The position numbers and the translations under genes are program-made. The notes under the pieces are model-generated. The model was not told the origin of the DNA. It saw nothing but the letters and a program-made list of their open reading frames with translations, and did no database searches. From Candidatus Kapaibacteriota bacterium (GTDB lineage Bacteria; Bacteroidota; Ignavibacteria; Kapaibacteriales; Kapaibacteriaceae), in NCBI GenBank assembly GCA_046595995.1, contig JBKJNB010000083.1, positions 71,445 to 135,444 on the forward strand: DNA of 64,000 bases, given 5' to 3'. Of the stretch, positions 57,325 to 64,000 are shown in pieces; within the stretch, counting starts at the first letter, position 1; the number at the start of each line of letters is the position of its first letter.

Positions 57325-60000
57325 ATGCCCAAGCGTTCTGTCGATCTAAAAAAGATTTTCGCGCCGAGCGACGCTACGGCCTTTGTCGTAATTGCGCTCG
57401 GTCTATTCATTGCTCTCTTCCTGGATGAGATGGCAGTTCGCCTTATTGGCGTCTGCATAGCAATCCTCGGTGGAGTAGCATTGTTTATGATGGTGTCGCC
57501 ACGCCTCGCCGAACTCTCGATGCAGGGCAGGCCTCCGCGCCCCTCGGACAGCCCCTTACTAACGTCCGAGACACGCCGCGACAGTCAGTCTAAGCGCCGC
57601 GTGTTCGAACGCGAAGCCTTCGTTGAAGAGTACGGAGTCGCCGAACTTGATGAAGACGAATACAAAGATGAACATCAGATCGAACTCTTTCCGGACGCTG
57701 CCGGCAACCCGAGTCGCGGTGGCCTTGCAGGCGGCGCTACAGGTGACGCTACAGGTGATGTAAAGCGTATTCGCGAGTACCGACGCACTGTACCAATCGA
57801 CGCGCCTGTTGCCGAACATAGCGGATCGGAGTCGTTGCTGGGAAAAACGTTTGGCGATGGCGACGAAGGCTCGGCAGTTCGCGTAGTAGGCGTGAAGAAG
57901 AAAGGCTCGTCCGCAATTCTCAAGGCCGAAGGCTTGCAAGTACATCATCGAGAACGTCATCGCACAGAAGAGCTTCGTGCACGTATCGAGCGGGAACGCA
58001 CATCTGAGACTTCTGCCACTCAGCCTGCACCAAACGTTACTCAGCCTGCACCAACAACAACCACGATAGACACGCCTGACGGCGATACGATCGTCATTCG
58101 ACCTCGAGCACCACGTGCCGACGCTGGTCGTGTGGACGCAGCCTCGAACAGCGCACCTCCAAGCGTACCTCCAGTCGTGGCGCCAATCGTGGCTCCAAGC
58201 ACGCCGCCAATTGAGGCTTCGATCAAGGCTCCGATCGAGGCTCCTGCTGAGCCTCCGGTACGCGTCACATCCCCCGCCATCGAACTCGTTGAAGACCACA
58301 GCGTCGAAGACGAGCCTTCGCGTACGGCTGATGTAGCCGGTGCAGATGCACCATCCCATACTCCAGAAGATGTGCCATCGCATACTCCAGAAGCAGTGCC
58401 ATCGCATACTCCAGAGACAGTGCCATCGCTTGCAGATAGCGGCGTAGCGGTTCCGACGCAGCTGCGTGAAACGCGCCGACGCAAGCCTGACGTATCGTTA
58501 AACGAGTTTATAGATGAGGATCATCAGGTTCCGAGCGGACAACATGAGCCGCGTAAGGAATTCGATCAACTATTGAATCGCGTGCTTATGGTTATTCGGT
58601 CTGCGACAAACGCACGAACCGCTGCATTCTTTTGGGTAAATGCAGAGAAGCAGCAGCTTGTTGTCGAGGCCCGCATCACAGAGGCCACCGATGCGTTTAT
58701 CGAGCAGCGGAAACTGCCTCTTGGACGTGACGCCGTGAGTCAGATCGCGATGGAGGGACGTCCTGAAATTCTGACGGAGATTAGCGCGGCTGCCGAACTC
58801 GACTTGCTTCCGTACTATTCACAGCCAGCAGGCACTGTGTCGTTCATTGGTGTACCCGTCTACTACGGTGGCAAGGTTGTTGGCGTGTTGTGCGCAGACT
58901 CACTCGTCGAAGATGCATACTCTGATATCACAGTCGGCTTTTTCGGACAGTTCACGAAGCTCATATCAGGTCTCGTACAGTCATACACTGGCAAATTCGA
59001 TCTCCTGCAATCATCGCTTACACTGAATGCTCTACAACAGTTCAGAACCTTTGTTGGCAGCACACCGAATTCGATTGAACATCTCCTGAAGGCATTACTG
59101 AACGCAACCATTACATGCATGGACGTGCGCACGATTGGCGCTGTGCTCTTCGACGCACAGACGAATGCGTGGACTGTGCAAGATCTGCGTTCACAGCTCG
59201 ATGACAGTGGCTATAAGATCGGTGACAGTGTAGACCTCTCAGCTTCTGTCACAGGTGCCGCTATCATGCAGGGTGAGACCGTTGTCGTGGTTGGTCCGTC
59301 CAACGAGATTTGTCTGCGTCCGACCGAACTGCCTCTCGACGAAGGTCAGTTCATTGCAATACCATTGCGTTCTACTTCTATGACATACGGTGCGTTGTTT
59401 TTCGACAACCACCTTGGCACCCTTACACAGCAAGACATCAACATTGCAGAAACATTAGGCGAACAAGCGGGCACACTCATAGAGCAGTTCCGCACATCAG
59501 AAATCATGCAGGGTGGCGTGCTTCTCGATTACGCTACTGGATCGATGAATCGCGCCAGCTTCGATATGCGCATGCGTGAAGAGTTTGCACGAGCCGTTGA
59601 CTACCAGGTGCCCCTTACCGTGTGCCTTGTCAGAATCGATCAATCACGTGCACTTACAGGCATTCCCCCCGAACAATCGCAACGCATCTTGCTGCATGTC
59701 TTCGACCTTGTGAAGGCGCAGCTCCGCGACTACGACGTTGTCGCAAATATTGGCGGCAACGTTCTTGCGATTGGCCTCATAGGATATAAGTCACAACAAG
59801 CGCAGATGTGGACTGAGAACATTCGCGGCAAAATCGCGAGCAGCATTATCGATGTAGACGGACGTCGCTTTAGTGTCACCGTATCCATCGGCGTTGCAGA
59901 AGCAACTCCTCGCGATTCAGCCGAGACATTGTTTGCCAACGCATTGATTGTACTTGGCCGCAGCGAACAGCAGACCAACAAGGTTACGGTCTACGCATAA
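57325..60000 (+). CDS. Membrane-anchored signalling protein: N-terminal TM helices, long Pro/Ala/Thr-rich disordered linker, two GAF-like domains and a C-terminal GGDEF-like domain with a degenerate active site (GGNVL instead of GGDEF)
   Basis: Two N-terminal hydrophobic segments. The repeat PSHTPE(D/A/T)V occurs 3 times. The GAF-like stretch ...FFWVNAEKQQLVVEA...VPVYYGGKVVGVLCADS is present. The GGDEF-like region ...DYDVVANIGGNVLAIGLIG...VSIGVAE... follows. Confidence 0.6.
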   Translation: MPKRSVDLKKIFAPSDATAFVVIALGLFIALFLDEMAVRLIGVCIAILGGVALFMMVSPRLAELSMQGRPPRPSDSPLLTSETRRDSQSKRRVFEREAFVEEYGVAELDEDEYKDEHQIELFPDAAGNPSRGGLAGGATGDATGDVKRIREYRRTVPIDAPVAEHSGSESLLGKTFGDGDEGSAVRVVGVKKKGSSAILKAEGLQVHHRERHRTEELRARIERERTSETSATQPAPNVTQPAPTTTTIDTPDGDTIVIRPRAPRADAGRVDAASNSAPPSVPPVVAPIVAPSTPPIEASIKAPIEAPAEPPVRVTSPAIELVEDHSVEDEPSRTADVAGADAPSHTPEDVPSHTPEAVPSHTPETVPSLADSGVAVPTQLRETRRRKPDVSLNEFIDEDHQVPSGQHEPRKEFDQLLNRVLMVIRSATNARTAAFFWVNAEKQQLVVEARITEATDAFIEQRKLPLGRDAVSQIAMEGRPEILTEISAAAELDLLPYYSQPAGTVSFIGVPVYYGGKVVGVLCADSLVEDAYSDITVGFFGQFTKLISGLVQSYTGKFDLLQSSLTLNALQQFRTFVGSTPNSIEHLLKALLNATITCMDVRTIGAVLFDAQTNAWTVQDLRSQLDDSGYKIGDSVDLSASVTGAAIMQGETVVVVGPSNEICLRPTELPLDEGQFIAIPLRSTSMTYGALFFDNHLGTLTQQDINIAETLGEQAGTLIEQFRTSEIMQGGVLLDYATGSMNRASFDMRMREEFARAVDYQVPLTVCLVRIDQSRALTGIPPEQSQRILLHVFDLVKAQLRDYDVVANIGGNVLAIGLIGYKSQQAQMWTENIRGKIASSIIDVDGRRFSVTVSIGVAEATPRDSAETLFANALIVLGRSEQQTNKVTVYA
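58351..58437. repeat. In-frame 27-bp tandem repeat, 3 copies, inside the GAF-GGDEF gene
   Basis: ccatc(c/g)catactccaga(a/g)(gat/gca/aca)gtg repeated three times. Confidence 0.8.
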
Positions 60001-60036
60001 CGGCGGGCGTCGCCGCCGGGGAGTCACCGAGGCGGC

Positions 60037-60915
60037 TCACAGCCGCAAACGCACCATTACCGGGCAATGATCGCTGACGCCATCTGCTGCTTCAGGGGGC
60101 AGAAAGGCGCGAAAGTTCTCAGTACGATCGGTCTCTTTTATGAATCGCGATGCAACATCCGATGACACAAGGATGTGATCGATCGTGGTGAGTGTTGGCA
60201 TTCTGCAGCTTTTCACTTTGTCGGTCAGGAAGCGCAGATTCGAGTCTTCAACAAGCGTCGATAAAGTCGGAAGCTTCCTATTTCCAGGATAGTCGTTGAA
60301 GTCACCCACGATCATTACGTCACGTTCAGCTCCTGCGTCGATAACCGAATCTGCCCACGCTTGCAATAGGCCTGACTGCCGCGTGCGCATTACGCGTGCG
60401 CGTTCACGCAATTCTGCGGTAGAGTCATAGCGTGAAGTACTCTTTAAGTGTACTACCATCATCAACCAATCGAACGAGCCTTTTTTGCAGCGTAGCATGA
60501 GGCCGGGACGTAAGCGTCCTTGTTCCTCTAGAACCAGTGGCCAGAAAGCCCCTTCAGATTCAACAGATACGCGGTCTTTGTAAATCACCCCGACATTCTG
60601 TTTCGTGCCGCCATCGAGCACAAAGCCTTTGTATCCCTGCAGATAGCGTAGCACTTTATTCAGTGCCGCATCGTTTTCGATTTCCTGCACACCAATAACA
60701 TCTGCTTCGGTCTTAACGATGATGTCTGCAATTGACAAATAGTCTTTATCTGTGCGTGCTTTCTGGTCGGCATCACCGTCGCCAAGCCACTCGACGTTAA
60801 ACGTAGCTACTGTAAGTGTTGTGTCGCTAGTGCCTTGCGAAGTAGAGCACCCAGATAGGAATGCAATCACCGATACAATCGCAATCGAAAGAACCAGGGC
60901 GTTTCTTATCGACAT
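60037..60915 (-). CDS. Endonuclease/exonuclease/phosphatase (EEP) family lipoprotein
   Basis: Lipoprotein signal MSIRNALVLSIAIVSVIAFLSGC. EEP motifs are present (TFNVEWLG and ...GVQEIEND...GDFN...SDHCPV). The ATG at 60915 is preferred over 60951. Confidence 0.75.
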   Translation of the reverse strand: MSIRNALVLSIAIVSVIAFLSGCSTSQGTSDTTLTVATFNVEWLGDGDADQKARTDKDYLSIADIIVKTEADVIGVQEIENDAALNKVLRYLQGYKGFVLDGGTKQNVGVIYKDRVSVESEGAFWPLVLEEQGRLRPGLMLRCKKGSFDWLMMVVHLKSTSRYDSTAELRERARVMRTRQSGLLQAWADSVIDAGAERDVMIVGDFNDYPGNRKLPTLSTLVEDSNLRFLTDKVKSCRMPTLTTIDHILVSSDVASRFIKETDRTENFRAFLPPEAADGVSDHCPVMVRLRL

Positions 60916-60972
60916 GGCGATACTGCTTTCATTGGGCGATACTACTTTCATTAGGCGATACTGCTTTCATTG
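60916..60972. repeat. 19-bp direct repeat, 3 copies (GGCGATACTGCTTTCATTG), immediately upstream of the EEP gene start
   Basis: ggcgatactgctttcattg / ggcgatactactttcatta / ggcgatactgctttcattg. Confidence 0.85.
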
Positions 60973-60988
60973 GACTGTGCGTCGTACG

Positions 60989-61891
60989 TCACTTACCTGT
61001 TAGGAGGGCCTTGAAGACGTAGCCGGCGACCTGCGGATTTTCCTTCAGTCGGCGAGTTGAGTAACCGTACCAATCTTCACCAAAGGGTACATAGATACGT
61101 ACGGTGTGACCCTTGCGAATGAGATCATCGCGCCGCTCGTCACGCACTCCGAGCAACATCTGAAATTCATACGCCGATTTGTCGAGGCGTCTATCCTGAA
61201 TCAACTGCTCGGCATTCTTTATCAGCTCTTCGTCGTGCGTTGCGATGTGTGCTTTAGCGCCGCCATCAACGAGTATCTTCAGAAGTTTCTTGTAGTTCGC
61301 GCGAATAGCGTCAGCTTCCTGAATTGCAAGGGTTTCGTTCTCAACATAAATTCCTTTACAAAGACGCACGCTCGGTAGATATGGCAAGAGCGATCGAATG
61401 TCAGCTTCAGAGCGATGCAGGTATGCCTGAATCACAACGCCAATGTTATCGAATCCGTCGCTGCGTAGGCGTCGATAAAAGGCGAGCGTTCGGTCGGTAT
61501 AGGGCGTGTTCTCCATGTCCATCCGAACGAAGAGCCCCTTTGCCCGCGCCTTAGCAACAAGCCCCCAGATGTTCTGATACGCAAACTCTTCGTCGATGTC
61601 GAGTCCGAGCGACGTAGGCTTCACACTCAAATACGAGTCCAGTGAATGCTCTTTAATGGCATCGAGCACGTCTGACGACATCTCAGTTTCGTAGATGGCG
61701 CGATCGCGCGAGGAGACGAACTCCCCGAGCACATCGATTGTGGTTACAGCTCCTTGCGCCGCGAGCTTTTGTGAGACACGAACGGCATCTTCGAGCTGTG
61801 GCCCAGCGATGTATCGCTGAGCCACGGCTTTGATAATGCTTTTAGGTACGAGCGGAAGGGTAGCGACGATGAGTCGGTTAAGCAAGCCCAC
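60989..61891 (-). CDS. Proline dehydrogenase (monofunctional PutA-like TIM-barrel)
   Basis: An approximately 300-aa protein. ...IDVLGEFV..., ...FVRMDMEN..Y.D.T... and ...GVVIQAYL.R.. are typical of the ProDH family. GTG start. Confidence 0.7.
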   Translation of the reverse strand: MGLLNRLIVATLPLVPKSIIKAVAQRYIAGPQLEDAVRVSQKLAAQGAVTTIDVLGEFVSSRDRAIYETEMSSDVLDAIKEHSLDSYLSVKPTSLGLDIDEEFAYQNIWGLVAKARAKGLFVRMDMENTPYTDRTLAFYRRLRSDGFDNIGVVIQAYLHRSEADIRSLLPYLPSVRLCKGIYVENETLAIQEADAIRANYKKLLKILVDGGAKAHIATHDEELIKNAEQLIQDRRLDKSAYEFQMLLGVRDERRDDLIRKGHTVRIYVPFGEDWYGYSTRRLKENPQVAGYVFKALLTGK

Positions 61892-61901
61892 GTCGGTTCT
61901 G

Positions 61902-64000
61902 TTAGCGCGTTATGCGTAATGGGGTGGACACTTGGAAACTGCCTGCTCGAATAGAGACCATGTATGCACCGCTTGCAACTTTTTGAAGCGGGAGGTTAAG
62001 GTAATGCAGTCCACTGCTTTCCACGGCTATGCTACTTAGTAGCATGGTCGAGCTGCCAGTCATGTCGACAATCGACACCTGCAGCGTCATCGGTTTTGAT
62101 GTCGACAACGTGAGTACGGCATTCTGATTCGCAGGGCTTGGCGTTACACCGACAATTGTCAAGTCTGATGCTGCAATGTCCTCGCTCGCTACTGAATTTG
62201 GTTTACCGCAGGCGGCGGCGATAAGGCCTGTGACCGTAGTAAGAACGGAATCTGAATCGTCGTCGATAATGTGCAATTGAACCTGAGTTCCTGCAGGAAC
62301 GTCTTTGAGTGTGTTACTAGGTCCGGCGATGACCATTCCAGGACCGACGGGGACAGTAACCAGTGTGATTGCATTCTTCGGCGTAGTGCCGTCTGTGGAA
62401 TACCTGATCTTGACTCGTGTCACAAAATCGGCTGACCAGATAAACCCGTTTTCGACGTTAGTACATAACGTGTCGCCACTCCTCGGCTTCAGCAGTTCGA
62501 ACCGGGCTGCACCAATTGCGAACTCGCCACTTATCGCAGCCACATTCGGGTCTGCAGCAGAGCGTACACGAATGCGTGCGTTTGCAGTAATAATGTCGGG
62601 CACTTGCCATACGTAATTCGTTGAATTGGTATCTGCCTTTAACGTGCCCCATGTCGTGCCGTCCGGTGCGAACTCAATTGTCACCGTGCCGACGTTAAAT
62701 TTCGTCCAGGTTATCGTGTAGCGCGAGCCCTTGCGAATCCGCTCGCCACCCACTGGCTTTACCAATACGATTGTTGGTGGCTGAGGCACGATGATCGTAT
62801 ACTTTGCAAGTGATATGTGGTTTGTTGCTGGATTGTCTACATCGCTGATGCGAATGAGTAGTCGCGTGGTGCCCACTGCTGGCACCGTCCAAGAAAATTT
62901 CTTGAATCCGGTCGGCACCGTACCAACGATTTCTACCCATTGTCCACCTTCGTCGGGCGAATACTCGAGCTTGATGTTCGTAACACCTTCGGACACCCAG
63001 AGGATGTCTACTGTCTGTCCCGAATTCCAAGACTCAATGCCGCGAGGATACGTGATGCGGACTGTAGGGTTAGGGGCAGCTGTAACGCAAGCGCTACCTG
63101 CAATCCATCCCGCCATTTTGGTTTGTACTCGTGTCGGACCAAATGTGAGTGGCGTGATAGCATTATTCACCAGGTGGCAATAGCTCATTATTGAGCCAGG
63201 TTGCACACGCCGCAGTGCCGGGTCGTTCACGCAGCCGTCCGTGAGATCAATCGCATATACAAGCTGGCACGTATCGACCGGAGGAAGCCATGCACAGTTG
63301 TGTGTGTGCGATGCGCCAACGTTATGTCCTATCTCGTGCGCGATTACGAACACGTCCCACACAAAGCCATTCGACCTCGACGGCTGGCCAGGCACATCGG
63401 GAAACGTGGTATAAATCGTGCTAACGCTATACGAACCGTTCGGGCTCGTAGGGTTGCAAAGGTTTGAGTTCTGATTGCCGCCCCAGGCAATACCGCCTAC
63501 ATAAGAACCACCTGATGGACGTATCAGGGTCATTAAGTGGGCGAGCGTACGCTGAGGCAACTGCCGCTGTCGCCATTCGTTTGTGAATTCGACAAGTAGG
63601 GCTCCGGGGGTACGACCATCGGCCGTGTACGGACTCGGCTCGTCTTCTGAAAATTTCTGGATGTAACTCAGTAACACAGTGGCGTTGAGCTCTTGCTCAT
63701 AGACCTGTGATACAGCTGCCCAAAGTTTAACGATGTACTGAAGAATCTGCTCGTCATTCATGCCACGACGCTTCATTACACTGTCGATGTCTTCTTTGAT
63801 TTCTAGCGCAACGCGAATCTGTTTCAGGTAGCCGTTTTGTACAACTTCAGTTTGTGCTTCTTTCGCAGCGCGTTCTAATGTTTCGCGGGTAACTGGCAGG
63901 TCTTCTGCTCCACAGAGGAAGTTCTTCAGTAGTGAGCCCCCTTCAAGAGACCCTTCCACAGTAATCGAGTGTGGTACAGCGCTCATGCCAACAGAGCCAT
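61902..64000 (-). CDS. Secreted zinc metalloprotease (HEIGHNVGASH, metzincin/M12-like) with Ig-like domains and a T9SS C-terminal sorting domain; 5' end probably beyond the window
   Basis: HExxHxxGxxH (VIAHEIGHNVGASHTH) is present. The C-terminus ...GAYMVSIRAGSFQVSTPLRITR is T9SS-like. No signal peptide follows the first in-window Met, and the frame stays open to the window edge. Confidence 0.7.
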   Translation of the reverse strand, partial: GSVGMSAVPHSITVEGSLEGGSLLKNFLCGAEDLPVTRETLERAAKEAQTEVVQNGYLKQIRVALEIKEDIDSVMKRRGMNDEQILQYIVKLWAAVSQVYEQELNATVLLSYIQKFSEDEPSPYTADGRTPGALLVEFTNEWRQRQLPQRTLAHLMTLIRPSGGSYVGGIAWGGNQNSNLCNPTSPNGSYSVSTIYTTFPDVPGQPSRSNGFVWDVFVIAHEIGHNVGASHTHNCAWLPPVDTCQLVYAIDLTDGCVNDPALRRVQPGSIMSYCHLVNNAITPLTFGPTRVQTKMAGWIAGSACVTAAPNPTVRITYPRGIESWNSGQTVDILWVSEGVTNIKLEYSPDEGGQWVEIVGTVPTGFKKFSWTVPAVGTTRLLIRISDVDNPATNHISLAKYTIIVPQPPTIVLVKPVGGERIRKGSRYTITWTKFNVGTVTIEFAPDGTTWGTLKADTNSTNYVWQVPDIITANARIRVRSAADPNVAAISGEFAIGAARFELLKPRSGDTLCTNVENGFIWSADFVTRVKIRYSTDGTTPKNAITLVTVPVGPGMVIAGPSNTLKDVPAGTQVQLHIIDDDSDSVLTTVTGLIAAACGKPNSVASEDIAASDLTIVGVTPSPANQNAVLTLSTSKPMTLQVSIVDMTGSSTMLLSSIAVESSGLHYLNLPLQKVASGAYMVSIRAGSFQVSTPLRITR

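Noticed and set aside
57559-58484. Minus-strand ORFs of 282 aa and 147 aa inside the GAF-GGDEF gene
   Set aside because: These are antisense artefacts within a GC-rich, Pro/Ala-coding low-complexity region. The sense frame has coherent domains on both sides.

Overview
Dense bacterial chromosomal window of about 58 protein genes with moderately high GC; no rRNA, tRNA, CRISPR array or transposase/integrase was seen. Several large secreted proteins end in a T9SS (Por_Secre_tail-like) C-terminal sorting domain, which places the source in the FCB group (Bacteroidota/Rhodothermota-like); these are 1426-4452, 33611-34747, 41837-43396 and 61902-64000. Most of the window is housekeeping: dnaN-recF-DUF721-gyrB, psd-pssA, purS-purQ, tatA-tatB, gatA, sucD, ndk, metK-ahcY, aconitase, ssb, an ABC-F ATPase, an acyl-CoA desaturase, FKBP and MltD. 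Accessory or unusual content is listed here. (1) Two VapBC-type toxin-antitoxin pairs. (2) A patatin-POTRA-Omp85 (type Vd-like) protein. (3) A HIT-TM-rhodanese fusion translationally coupled to a PspF-like sigma-54 activator that lacks a sensor domain. (4) A tightly packed operon of an inactive M16 peptidase, a DcuC-like transporter, a cysteine desulfurase and a MoxR ATPase. (5) A four-gene operon of unknown function at 32194-34747: an acidic protein, two paralogous small membrane proteins and a T9SS cargo. (6) An operon of two paralogous lipoproteins followed by a membrane GAF-GAF-degenerate-GGDEF protein. (7) A 28-bp palindromic REP-like element present at three intergenic sites. (8) A 9-bp microsatellite of about 12 copies immediately upstream of a VWA-OmpA lipoprotein. 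(9) Several other short tandem repeats at gene boundaries. (10) An unannotated roughly 50-aa lmo0937-family membrane ORF. Many ORF-track starts are GTG/TTG upstream extensions; where a signal peptide, RBS or homolog N-terminus indicated a better start it is given here. Coordinates derived by my own counting may be off by 1-2 nt.
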